This document shows, in pieces, positions 8,693 to 17,600 of a DNA stretch of 50,626 nt. Origin of the DNA: Polyangiales bacterium (GTDB taxonomy: Bacteria; Myxococcota_A; Polyangia; Polyangiales; Houyiibacteriaceae); NCBI GenBank assembly GCA_045106895.1, contig JBGCFM010000129.1, positions 1 to 50,626 of the forward strand, read 5' to 3'. The translations under genes were made by a program, and so were the position numbers. The stretch's first letter is position 1. Every line of letters starts with the position of its first letter. Under the pieces are notes generated by a model. It saw only the letters and a list, made by a program, of their open reading frames with translations, ran no database searches and had not been told where the DNA came from.

Positions 8693-9841
8693 ATGCTCAG
8701 CCGACTCCAACATGACCTGCGCGCCTATTGGCCGAGGTACCTTGCCCACCACACGCACCGGAAGAACCGCGCGCTGCACGACTTGGGGGACCTCGCCGTT
8801 CTCACGGGAGCTCTCACCTTCAACCCAGTGCTCGCCGCCGCTGGCGTCGGGGCGGGGTATAGCTTTGCGTTTGCGGGGCACTTCCTCATCGAAGGGCGTA
8901 AGCCTGCGACACTTGAGCACCCGGTTCTCGCCGGGCTGAGCAATTGGCGCATGTTCGCGCTGGGCTGCACGGGAGGGCTTGAGGAAGAGCTCGCGCGCTA
9001 CGAGCTTGAGTCCGAAGGGGAGGCGAACTTCGGCATGGAGCACTGGCGCGCGTGTTTGCTGGCGTGGCGTGAACAAAAGCCGGGGACGGCAGCCGCCCGT
9101 TTTCTCGTGGCGCTCTATGCCGTCTCGACGTCGCCGCCCATGCCTCGCTACCGAGAGTATCTCGTCGCCCTAGACGCGCAGCGCCCGACGCTCGTTTCCC
9201 ATCGGGAGAGAGGCGATGGGCTGATAGATTCAGTCTTTCGCTCCACCCGGGGTGAGGTGTTTCGCGTGGGTGACGTTTCGGCCTTCGACCTCCTCGCGGC
9301 CTTGAGCAGTTTTACGGACGACTACGCCATCGAGCCGCCGCGGCTATTCGCCGTGGACGTCGCCGTTTCCATTCTAGAACGGATTCGCGGCGAACACTGT
9401 TTGTCTCTGTGGGAGCAACTGGAGATTGCGCTGCGTTGTGCCGAGGGGCGTCCCTTCGAAGCGCTTCTGGGGCTTCACACGGCCACGCGTGTCCTTGCGC
9501 GAGGCCGCGACGCGCGACTTCATCCGGCGTTTCGTATGTCCCTGGAGGAGCGACTTCATCACGGCGAGGCCATCGCACCTTTTCATCCGGATGACGCCCT
9601 TGGTGGCGACCCCCTCGGCGACACGTACCACTTCTGGGCGAACGTCACCGCCGGCGTGTATGCCGCTTGCCCCACGAACCCGAAGGCGAGCCGCGCCATG
9701 GTCTACGCAATGCTCTACGCCGGACCCTGGCTCATGCATGGCGTCCGGGAGACGCTCTTCGGGAGCACGCTCTTCTGCGGCACGCACTCTCGCATCGACC
9801 GCCTGGGTTTGAGTCTTGGGTGGAGACTCGGAAGGGCGTAA
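8693..9841 (+). CDS. DUF962/Mpo1-like domain fused to an unknown helical C-terminal domain
   Basis: YLAHH...NRALH...GYSFAFAGHFLIEGRKPATLEHP matches DUF962; about 270 additional residues follow. Confidence 0.75.
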   Translation: MLSRLQHDLRAYWPRYLAHHTHRKNRALHDLGDLAVLTGALTFNPVLAAAGVGAGYSFAFAGHFLIEGRKPATLEHPVLAGLSNWRMFALGCTGGLEEELARYELESEGEANFGMEHWRACLLAWREQKPGTAAARFLVALYAVSTSPPMPRYREYLVALDAQRPTLVSHRERGDGLIDSVFRSTRGEVFRVGDVSAFDLLAALSSFTDDYAIEPPRLFAVDVAVSILERIRGEHCLSLWEQLEIALRCAEGRPFEALLGLHTATRVLARGRDARLHPAFRMSLEERLHHGEAIAPFHPDDALGGDPLGDTYHFWANVTAGVYAACPTNPKASRAMVYAMLYAGPWLMHGVRETLFGSTLFCGTHSRIDRLGLSLGWRLGRA

Positions 9842-9851
9842 TGACGTCCCG

Positions 9852-10487
9852 TCAGCAGGTGCGAGCAGCCTGGCGGCGTCCTCGACGAATCGAACGAGCG
9901 CCTGAACCCATGAGGCCCAAGCCGAGGAGCATGAGCCCTAGGGAAATGAGTTGCTTCGACTTGCGCGGCTCTAGTGGAACGTCGAGGGCCCGGGAAGCTG
10001 AGAGCTCGAGTCGCCCGCGAAAGTTGTTGTCCGACTTTAGGACGACGCGTGAGGCGCGCTGACCCATGAATCGGAGAACGTTGTTTTGACCTTCTCGTGC
10101 GCTCAACGCGTCGATGCGCGCGTCGAGACCTTGGGTGCTCACCGGTGGGGTCATGACGAACACAACACGGCTCGCGTGGGGACGAATCTCGACGATGGGG
10201 TGATCGAGTACGAGTGGTACGCCATCGACGCGCAGCTCGATACCTGCGCGGAGTCCTTCCAAGAGGTAGGTTTCGTAAGCTTCGGGGGTGAGCGTCGAGA
10301 GACTCACATCGGGGTGTCGTGCCTGCAGCGCTTGGTGCATACCCGCCGTCGACATGTGGACCTCAAGTCTCCAAGCGTCGTTGCCGGGGATCAGGTGAAA
10401 GCTTGCGATGTTCGGCACATGCGCGGCTGCGTTCGACGACATGCCGAGCGCGGAGCTTAGTGCGACGAGAGCGGCGAGGATTCTCAT
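9852..10487 (-). CDS. Exported protein with signal peptide ending AAA-H and C-terminal TM (DUF6702/HupE-UreJ N-terminal-like)
   Basis: SSNAAAH|VP, C-terminal LISLGLMLLGLGLMG followed by an Arg-rich tail; 4-bp ATGA overlap with the YHYH gene. Confidence 0.6.
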   Translation of the reverse strand: MRILAALVALSSALGMSSNAAAHVPNIASFHLIPGNDAWRLEVHMSTAGMHQALQARHPDVSLSTLTPEAYETYLLEGLRAGIELRVDGVPLVLDHPIVEIRPHASRVVFVMTPPVSTQGLDARIDALSAREGQNNVLRFMGQRASRVVLKSDNNFRGRLELSASRALDVPLEPRKSKQLISLGLMLLGLGLMGSGARSIRRGRRQAARTC

Positions 10488-11518
10488 TCAACGCTCATCG
10501 GGTTACGCACCGAGGCACCCATGATGCACGTGGGAAGATTCGGGGCTTCGGCGTTGAGCGCGTAGTAGTGGTAGACGCCGCTTGGATACTCGGGAGTGGC
10601 GCCGAAGACCCCGTTGCAGGCGTCCAAACCACTGGGCACGGAACCGTCTTCAAGCGGGGAGTAGATGGGGTAGCCGTCCTTCGCGAAACCCACGAGACCT
10701 TCGACGCGCTGGGGGATGTCCGTGCAGCTCACATCCGTGATGCCAAATCCATCCAGGACCGACTGTGTGTTCTCTGGCGTGAAGTGCCAATGCCAGTACC
10801 CGGCGGGGTCCGCGTGGCCGCCGCAAGGGTCGAGGGACGGGATGCCGCCGCCGCTTGCACCCGGCATCGGCGGGCCGTCGGTGACGGAAGGTGGGTGGCC
10901 GGTGAGTGGCATGCCGTCGTAGAGCGCGACACCATAGAGTTCGACGACGTCGATTTCATTGGGCGCCTCCAACATCTGAGGTTCGGCAGGTATCAAGAAC
11001 GTAATGGTCAGATCCTGAAGCGCCATCTCGAGACAGCTGGCGGCGCCAGGACCGGAGTTTGCGTTCACGTTGCCGGCGTCGTCCAGAATGTCCCAACCGT
11101 CGTTTTCCATCGACTCCCAGAGCTCGCGTTTGAGCACCTGGAATCCTGGGTTCGTCGCGCCGTCGTAGATGCCTACGCCGCCAATATCGTCGACGGTCTC
11201 GGGGCAAAATGGCCCGGAGGATTCTTGGTAGTTCTCAAACGAAAGACGGTAACAGTCCGTCGTTGCACCGTTGTCGAGGGTGCAGGACTCGGTGGTGGGA
11301 CTGATCGTGAAGAGTTCGGAGTCGAATAGGTCGGGCAGAGCGGGGTTGTTTCCTGTCCCTGAGTCTTGGCTGTCGTCGCCAGTATCGCTGAGCGCGACGT
11401 CGCCACTGGCCCCGGAGTCGCCACTCGCGTCATCGTCTCCGCACCCAGCGAGCCACGGGAGGCTAAGCAGCAAGAGAGTAGGGACAATCGGAGAAAATGG
11501 TCGAGGGGGGTGGGGCAT
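10484..11518 (-). CDS. YHYH-domain lipoprotein
   Basis: Lipobox LAGC-GDDD; GVALYDG, LDPCGGH..YWHWH, GFAKDGYPIY, LDACNG, YHYY. Confidence 0.85.
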   Translation of the reverse strand: MPHPPRPFSPIVPTLLLLSLPWLAGCGDDDASGDSGASGDVALSDTGDDSQDSGTGNNPALPDLFDSELFTISPTTESCTLDNGATTDCYRLSFENYQESSGPFCPETVDDIGGVGIYDGATNPGFQVLKRELWESMENDGWDILDDAGNVNANSGPGAASCLEMALQDLTITFLIPAEPQMLEAPNEIDVVELYGVALYDGMPLTGHPPSVTDGPPMPGASGGGIPSLDPCGGHADPAGYWHWHFTPENTQSVLDGFGITDVSCTDIPQRVEGLVGFAKDGYPIYSPLEDGSVPSGLDACNGVFGATPEYPSGVYHYYALNAEAPNLPTCIMGASVRNPMSVE

Positions 11519-11789
11519 GGATCCATCAAACGCAAAGAGCGGGCCAGGCCAAAACCACAACCACTTGCAGCCTCACGTTCCGCGTCACCGGCAGATCCTG
11601 CACGGGGTTAGGCGGTTCACGCAGTGTGGGTTTCGGCGGTCAAGGATCGGCGGCTAGGTTTGAGCGCGTGAGCCGCGGCGGCCGTCTCGAGTGCGCCGAC
11701 CCCTCGTTAGGACGCCAAACTTAGGCTTTTTGCCACTGTTTCGAAAAACCGGGTGCAAGCCCCCACGCGTGCTAAATCACCGCTGCGCT

Positions 11790-12515
11790 ATGAGTGAGCC
11801 TGCCCCGTCCCTTCGCCAACGCCTCTACCGGCCCTTCCGAATGGTGCTGCCTGTGCTCACCCTCGGCAGCGTCGCGGCGTTTCTCTACGTCGTGTTCATG
11901 GAGACGCCGATGGAAGAGCAGATGGGGATCGTCCAGAAGATCTTCTATCTGCATGTGCCGAGCGCAAACGGCATGTACTTGGGCTGGACCCTCGCCGCCG
12001 TCGGTGGTCTTGGATACTTGGCGACGCGAAAAGACAGCTGGGATGCCCTCGCTGTCGCTGGCGCTGAAGTGGGTACGCTCTTCTGTCTCATCGTTCTCAT
12101 CACCGGACCGCTCTGGGGTCGCAAAGCCTGGGGTACTTATTGGGTGTGGGACCCGCGTTTGACGAGCACGCTTCTCGCCGGCTTGGTGTACATGGCGTTT
12201 CTCTCGCTGCGCGCTGGCAACCCCGGCGCCACGGAAAAGCGCTTCGCCGCGACTTTGGCGATGCTCGGTTTCCCCCTGATGTTCCTTATCAAGTTCAGCG
12301 TGCAGGCCTGGAGCGGTCAGCACCCGGTGGTCATGAGCGCGAACGGCGGCGGCATCGCGCCGGCGATGTACCCCGCACTTATTCTGGGCTTTGTGAGCTT
12401 GGGCTTCCTGGCGCTTTGGCTCCTCGACGCACGCTTCACCGCCGAGCGCACGTCTCAAGAGGCACAGCGGCTCGAGCTCCTCGTCGCCGAGCGCGGATGG
12501 ATGGAAAACCAATGA
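11790..12515 (+). CDS. ccmC: Heme exporter protein C (cytochrome c biogenesis system I)
   Basis: IFYLHVP, WWD motif WGRKAWGTYWVWDPRLTS, QHP; about six TM helices. Confidence 0.92.
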   Translation: MSEPAPSLRQRLYRPFRMVLPVLTLGSVAAFLYVVFMETPMEEQMGIVQKIFYLHVPSANGMYLGWTLAAVGGLGYLATRKDSWDALAVAGAEVGTLFCLIVLITGPLWGRKAWGTYWVWDPRLTSTLLAGLVYMAFLSLRAGNPGATEKRFAATLAMLGFPLMFLIKFSVQAWSGQHPVVMSANGGGIAPAMYPALILGFVSLGFLALWLLDARFTAERTSQEAQRLELLVAERGWMENQ

Positions 12516-12859
12516 TGCTTTTCGCAAAACAGCTATTGCGCGCCCTCGCGTTGGCCGCCGTATTTCTCGTGACGACTCCGGTCTTCGCGCAGGAGGGCAA
12601 CGGGCAGGAAGGCGCCACCACGAGCGCTCAGACGGGTGACGACGAAGACCGCTCGACTGAGTTTCGCACGAGCGCGGGCCCGCAAATCGACCGCGTCCCC
12701 GGCGGCAAGCTGCTCATCGGCGCCTACGGCCTCGCGTGGCTCGCGATCCTCATGTTCATGTGGTTCCGCATCGACCGGCAGCAGAAACGCGCCACGGACG
12801 AGCTCGAGCGTCTTGCTTCCGTCGTCAACCGGCACTTGAAACAAGACGGCAGAGACTGA
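12512..12859 (+). CDS. ccmD: CcmD-family heme exporter protein with N-terminal extension
   Basis: ATGA overlap with ccmC; LLIGAYGLAWLAILMFMW TM followed by a charged coiled tail (RQQKRATDELERL). Confidence 0.7.
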   Translation: MMLFAKQLLRALALAAVFLVTTPVFAQEGNGQEGATTSAQTGDDEDRSTEFRTSAGPQIDRVPGGKLLIGAYGLAWLAILMFMWFRIDRQQKRATDELERLASVVNRHLKQDGRD

Positions 12860-12987
12860 TGCCTTCCATCGGTCACATCTTTTATATCCCGGGGATTTTG
12901 CTCTTGGGATTAGCGATTGGATTTCGCCTCGGTGCCAAAGCCGTGCGCGAAGAGTTTGAGCGCCAGAAGCGCGACAGGATGGAATAG
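12859..12987 (+). CDS. 42-aa single-TM protein coupled to ccmD
   Basis: TGATG overlap; MPSIGHIFYIPGILLLGLAIGFRLGAKAVREEFERQKRDRME. Confidence 0.7.
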   Translation: MPSIGHIFYIPGILLLGLAIGFRLGAKAVREEFERQKRDRME

Positions 12988-12989
12988 GA

Positions 12990-14144
12990 ATGCTCAGTTT
13001 CGACCTTACGGATGAACAAACAGAACTCGTAAGCAGCGCCCGGCGCTTCACAAAGGAGCGGATCATTCCCGTCGCCGGCGAGGCCGACGAGACGGGCAAG
13101 TTTCCGAAGGGCGTCTTCGAGGAGGCCTGGGAGCTTGGATTCGTAGGCTCGGTCTTCCCCGAAGATGTGGGCGGTCTCGGTCTCCACGAAATCGAGAACG
13201 TGCTCATCACCGAAGAGCTCGCGTATGGCTGCACCGGCATCCAGACGTCCATCACGGCGAACACCCTCGCCTCGATGCCGCTTCTCCTCGCGGGCAATGA
13301 CGCGCAGAAGAAGAAGTACCTCGGCATGCTCACCGAAGCACCGATCTTTGCGGCGTACGCCATCACCGAGCCCGCCGCCGGCAGCGACGCCGCGGGCATT
13401 CAAATGCGCGCCAAGAAGGTCGGAGACGACTGGGTGCTGAACGGTGAGAAGTGCTACATCACCAACGGCTCTTGGGCGAAGTGGTACACGGTCTTCGCCA
13501 CCGTCGATGCGTCTTTGGGACACAAGGGCATCATGTGTTTCGTCGTCGATCGCGACACGCCCGGCCTGAGCGTGGGCAAGAAAGAGAACAAGCTCGGCCA
13601 GCGCGCCAGCGATACCGCGACAATCAACTTTGAAGAGGTCGTCGTGCCGAAGGAGAACGTGATCGCCGAAGCCGGACACGGCTTCAAGGTCGCCATGCGG
13701 ACCTTCGACCGAACGCGACCCGACATCGGCGCGGGCGCGTGTGGCCTCATGCGTCGCGCCCTCGACGAGAGCGTCGCCTTCGCCCTCGAGCGCAAGACCT
13801 TTGGCGTGCCTATCGCGCAGCATCAGATGGTTCAGAAGATCATCGCGGACATGGCCATCAAGTACGAAGCGACACGTCTGCTTGTGCAAAAAGCCGCATG
13901 GATGATCGACACCGGCAACTCCAACTCCGTCGTCGCTTCCTACTCGAAGGCTTTCGGTGCCGACGCCGCCATGGAGGTCTCCACCGACGCCGTTCAGGTG
14001 TTCGGCGGAGCAGGCTACATGAAGGAGTACCCCGTCGAGAAGCTCATGCGCGACGCGAAACTGCTTCAGATCTACGAGGGCACCTCGCAGATTCAGCGCA
14101 TGGTGATCGCGAAGAACGTCTTCGCCGGTAACCGCCCTCAGTAG
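12990..14144 (+). CDS. Acyl-CoA dehydrogenase
   Basis: AITEPAAGSD, LNGEKCYITNG, KLGQRASDT, QVFGGAGY, IYEGTSQIQR. Confidence 0.95.
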   Translation: MLSFDLTDEQTELVSSARRFTKERIIPVAGEADETGKFPKGVFEEAWELGFVGSVFPEDVGGLGLHEIENVLITEELAYGCTGIQTSITANTLASMPLLLAGNDAQKKKYLGMLTEAPIFAAYAITEPAAGSDAAGIQMRAKKVGDDWVLNGEKCYITNGSWAKWYTVFATVDASLGHKGIMCFVVDRDTPGLSVGKKENKLGQRASDTATINFEEVVVPKENVIAEAGHGFKVAMRTFDRTRPDIGAGACGLMRRALDESVAFALERKTFGVPIAQHQMVQKIIADMAIKYEATRLLVQKAAWMIDTGNSNSVVASYSKAFGADAAMEVSTDAVQVFGGAGYMKEYPVEKLMRDAKLLQIYEGTSQIQRMVIAKNVFAGNRPQ

Positions 14145-14155
14145 CAACTAGGCCT

Positions 14156-14186
14156 CCCCACGGCGCCGCTCGCCGGCGCCTTGGGG
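14156..14186. terminator. GC-rich hairpin between convergent genes (no U-tract)
   Basis: CCCCACGGCGCCG-ctcgc-CGGCGCCTTGGGG, 13-bp stem with one mismatch. Confidence 0.4.
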
Positions 14187-14204
14187 TGCACATCCGCCTT
14201 CGTT

Positions 14205-14402
14205 CTAGTGTTCGGAGGCGCTCAGATGCCAAGAGCGGACCGCCGCGATGGTCCACACCAGACCGCCAATGGCGAATAGATAACCCATGATGTCCACGGG
14301 GATCCCATTCCATTCCCAGCGGGACTCCGTGAGAAACGGCGACACCGCGAGAAGAGTGCCGATGACCATCAGGAGCACCGGCCGGAAAAAGAACTCAGCC
14401 AT
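14205..14402 (-). CDS. Small two-TM membrane protein
   Basis: 65 aa with two clear hydrophobic helices. Confidence 0.6.
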   Translation of the reverse strand: MAEFFFRPVLLMVIGTLLAVSPFLTESRWEWNGIPVDIMGYLFAIGGLVWTIAAVRSWHLSASEH

Positions 14403-14606
14403 GGTGCAGTCTACGTGAGTAGGCCGCGCTTTCTTCCTTTCGTCGCCTCGTCGCCTCGCCGCCGACGAAAAAGCGCGTGCCGCCGTCCTTCAATCGAGGT
14501 TGAAGCCGCCGATTGTATCTCGAGGGGACTGGAGGACGACATCTGGACACATGCATCAACACCCCGGCTCTCTGTGGAACAGTCGACCTGTCCAGGAGGA
14601 ACGTAG

Positions 14607-15080
14607 GTGTCCTTTCTGGTCTCGAAGCATGGCCGAAGCCCGAGTGTGCTCCTCGTCGAAGACGACGAAGAGAGCGCGGCGCTCATACGCGAAGCCCTAG
14701 ACGGCTCGAGTCACTCTGTGAACCTTCGCCGCGCCGCCGATGCGGTGGAGTGCCTGGCATTCCTGCGCAACGAGCCGGGGTATGAGAACGCGCAGAGACC
14801 GGACCTCGTCATCGTCATCGTCGAACGGAGTACAGGCGATTGGGGAGGGCGGCAACTCCTCGCCGAACTCGCGAAAGATGCAGACCTACGCGGCGTTCCA
14901 GTCGTCATGCTGGGCGCGACGTCTTCGGACATGGAGGTGCGACAGATGTACGAGCTCGGGTGTCGTTCGTACATTGTGAAGCCCGACGGCGCGGATGCGT
15001 TCCGCGAGATGATCGCCGTTCTGGCAGATTATTGGTTTGATGTGGTGCAGCTACCATCGCACCGACGGGAGCAATCTTAG
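14607..15080 (+). CDS. Single-domain response regulator (Rcp1-like), phospho-acceptor Asp absent
   Basis: AGGAGG RBS 7 nt before GTG; VLLVEDD, RPDLVIVI, PVVML, YIVKP, C-terminal YWF...LP. Confidence 0.85.
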   Translation: MSFLVSKHGRSPSVLLVEDDEESAALIREALDGSSHSVNLRRAADAVECLAFLRNEPGYENAQRPDLVIVIVERSTGDWGGRQLLAELAKDADLRGVPVVMLGATSSDMEVRQMYELGCRSYIVKPDGADAFREMIAVLADYWFDVVQLPSHRREQS

Positions 15081-15131
15081 CCACTTCGTTCCGGCCAGGG
15101 ACTGGGTGCAGCACCCAATCGAACCCTGGGG

Positions 15132-15779
15132 TTAGGGCCGTGGAAAACGAATCTCTGTGCGTGCGCGTCCATCAAACTCGCTCGGCGTGATGGTGCCGCC
15201 GAGGGCTTCCATGTATGAGGCAGCCGCGAGGAGGCCGCAGTAACGCGCATAGCGTCCGCCTGCCTTTCCTTTGATGGCGTCTTGTCCCTCGAGAGTGAAC
15301 GCAAGCTCTCTGAACTCTTCGCTGAGCGGAGCGCCGTGGGCGTCGATGCGCACGATCACTCCATCCCCATCGTCGATGACGAATAGTTCCGGAGCGCGGC
15401 GCCGGTCATGGCGCGCGGCGCTCTCGACAAAGATCGCTACGACCTCGGCGCACGTCGCTCCACCTTTCGCGGTGTGGTTGTCTCCTTGGACCTGTGCGAC
15501 TGGGTAGCGCCGCGTGATCGCCTCGGCGACATCGCCATCGCGGCTCATCGCGTCGCCGCGTTCCAGGAAGCCGTCGGCGATCCACGAAACCCGCGTCAGC
15601 CCCGCTTTGATGTCTTGCAAGGCTGTCCGGAGATCATCGAGGGCGTCTTTGCCGTCCGGGTCGGGGATCTCGACTTCGGACAGGAAGTCGACGTTTGCCG
15701 TCAACGTCGCGGCTGGGTTACGCAGGTCGTGAACCAGCATCGCAAGCATCTTACCAACATCGCTCTTGATCGTTGTCAT
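15132..15779 (-). CDS. HisKA-domain protein with degenerate ATP-binding domain
   Basis: H-box LVHDLRNP; N, G1 and G2 boxes eroded; MEALGGTI...EIRFP end typical of HATPase_c. Confidence 0.75.
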   Translation of the reverse strand: MTTIKSDVGKMLAMLVHDLRNPAATLTANVDFLSEVEIPDPDGKDALDDLRTALQDIKAGLTRVSWIADGFLERGDAMSRDGDVAEAITRRYPVAQVQGDNHTAKGGATCAEVVAIFVESAARHDRRRAPELFVIDDGDGVIVRIDAHGAPLSEEFRELAFTLEGQDAIKGKAGGRYARYCGLLAAASYMEALGGTITPSEFDGRARTEIRFPRP

Positions 15780-15922
15780 GGCTTCTCTTGATGGCCTTCT
15801 AACGGTGGTGCCCCGCATCTCTTTGAGGACTCAATCGCCACGTTGCCAGAATTGTAGCCTCAATCGCCGCCGCTTTGGCGCTGAATTTCGAAAAAGCAGC
15901 CAGTCACCGGTATGCTCCGCGA

Positions 15923-17023
15923 ATGCCTCGCCGATTCGTAGTGCGCGCCAAATACGCGATTGTGCTCGTGGTTTTAGCGTCATGTGCCCCGGCTGAGACC
16001 GTCATCGACCCGCCGGAACTCTCTGAGGATTTGCCCGAAGAGATCGCGGAAGAACCGACGCCGGCGCCCGCTGCTGCGGAGGCGGCGCCACCCGCGTTTC
16101 GCCCAGAGGACGTGACGACGACGCCAAACCTCAACTTGCCCGGCGAGGAGGCGTTCGACCATGACGTGATCCTCGAGGCGCTTCGCACCGCATCTTCCCG
16201 GGAGTTCAAGCCCGTGGGGCACACGAGCGTCGTGTTCCGGATGCGACTTGAGGGTGACCACAACGCGGCGTATCGGCCACGGACGCGGCGTCATCGGCGT
16301 GGCCACCTTGCGGAGGTCGCGGCTTATGCACTCGGGCGTTTTCTTGGGCTCGACAATGTCGTTCCGGCGACGCTTCGCAGCGAGACCCGCATGCGGATCT
16401 CTGAGCATCTTCACCCGCGCTACGACGATGTGAACACATGGGAGGACCTCGAAGAGCGAATCTTCTACCGCTCGCGGACGCAGACTCCGGGTGCGGCCAT
16501 CTATTGGGTCCCCGACCTCCAGGAGACAGAGCTCGACTCCAGCGCGTCACGACGCGAATGGCAAGGTTGGCTTGCGGGGGGAGACATCCCCGAGGGCCGC
16601 GTCGCGCTGGCCCGCGACCTCTCGAACGTTCGTGTATTCGACTACCTCATCGGCAACTGGGACCGGTTTAGCGGCGGCAACCTCAAGCTCTTCGGCAGCG
16701 ATGTCGAACGCGTCGCGCTCCGCGATCACAATGTCGCGTTCGGGCGTGTCGGGGAGGAGCGCGAAGAAGGCCTTCGAAACGAGGTGCACGCAACACAGCG
16801 CTTTTCTCGAGCCGTCATCGCGCGCCTGAGCCAGCTCGACGCCGATGGACTTGAAGCAGCGATCCTGCGTTTCAACAGCGAAGAAGAGCGTGAAGAGCTT
16901 GGCTTGGAGATACTTCATCCGACTCAGAGCGAAGCGCTTCTGGAACGGGCCGCCGTCGTACTCTCACATGTCGGGGCGCTCATTGAAGCCCACGGTGAGG
17001 ATAGCGTCCTCTACTTCGAATAA
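15923..17023 (+). CDS. Lipoprotein with Fam20C/four-jointed-like atypical kinase domain
   Basis: Lipobox LASC, Pro/Glu linker, EVAAYALGRFLGL..VP, FDYLIGNWDR, LRDHNVAF. Confidence 0.75.
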   Translation: MPRRFVVRAKYAIVLVVLASCAPAETVIDPPELSEDLPEEIAEEPTPAPAAAEAAPPAFRPEDVTTTPNLNLPGEEAFDHDVILEALRTASSREFKPVGHTSVVFRMRLEGDHNAAYRPRTRRHRRGHLAEVAAYALGRFLGLDNVVPATLRSETRMRISEHLHPRYDDVNTWEDLEERIFYRSRTQTPGAAIYWVPDLQETELDSSASRREWQGWLAGGDIPEGRVALARDLSNVRVFDYLIGNWDRFSGGNLKLFGSDVERVALRDHNVAFGRVGEEREEGLRNEVHATQRFSRAVIARLSQLDADGLEAAILRFNSEEEREELGLEILHPTQSEALLERAAVVLSHVGALIEAHGEDSVLYFE

Positions 17024-17035
17024 GCAGCTGCTCTA

Positions 17036-17539
17036 GTGGCACCAGATACCTACACGACGATTGGTTGGCGAGAATGGGTTGGCTTGCCCGAACTCAAAAC
17101 CGAGTGGATCAAATGCAAGGTCGATACCGGCGCGCGTTCGTCCTCGCTCCATGCTTTCGACATCGAACTCTTCGAGCATGATTGCGCCCGCTGGGTTCGT
17201 TTCGAAGTTCATCCGTGGCAGGGCTCGGCGATGGACGCGGTACGCGTCGAAGCGCCACTCGCCGATCTTCGAACGGTGAAGAGCTCGTCGGGGAAGAGTG
17301 AAGAGCGCCCCGTCATTCGCTCCCTCGTCGTCATCGCCGGTCAGCAGCACGCGATCGACATTACGCTGACGCTTCGGGACGAGATGGGCTTTCGAATGCT
17401 ACTCGGCCGCGAGGCGCTGCGCCGCCGATTCGTCGTCGACCCCGGCAGCTCTTATCTCGCGGGTCGCCCGCCTCCTGCCGTGAGGGAGGCCAACCGGCGG
17501 GTGCCCGACGAAGGGCTGCTCCCGGGAGAAGACGACTAG
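17036..17539 (+). CDS. RimK-associated retropepsin-like protease (RimB / 'ATP-dependent zinc protease' family)
   Basis: IGWREWVGLP, KVDTGARSSSLH, ERPVI, RMLLGREAL, VDPG. Confidence 0.88.
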   Translation: MAPDTYTTIGWREWVGLPELKTEWIKCKVDTGARSSSLHAFDIELFEHDCARWVRFEVHPWQGSAMDAVRVEAPLADLRTVKSSSGKSEERPVIRSLVVIAGQQHAIDITLTLRDEMGFRMLLGREALRRRFVVDPGSSYLAGRPPPAVREANRRVPDEGLLPGEDD

Positions 17540-17600
17540 CGGGGCGAGCGACGCCGCAGTGAACAAAGGCGCCGCATGAGCTGGGCTGCTATGCAGAAGT

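Noticed and set aside
12882..14147. 421-aa minus-strand ORF
   Set aside because: Antisense shadow of the acyl-CoA dehydrogenase.
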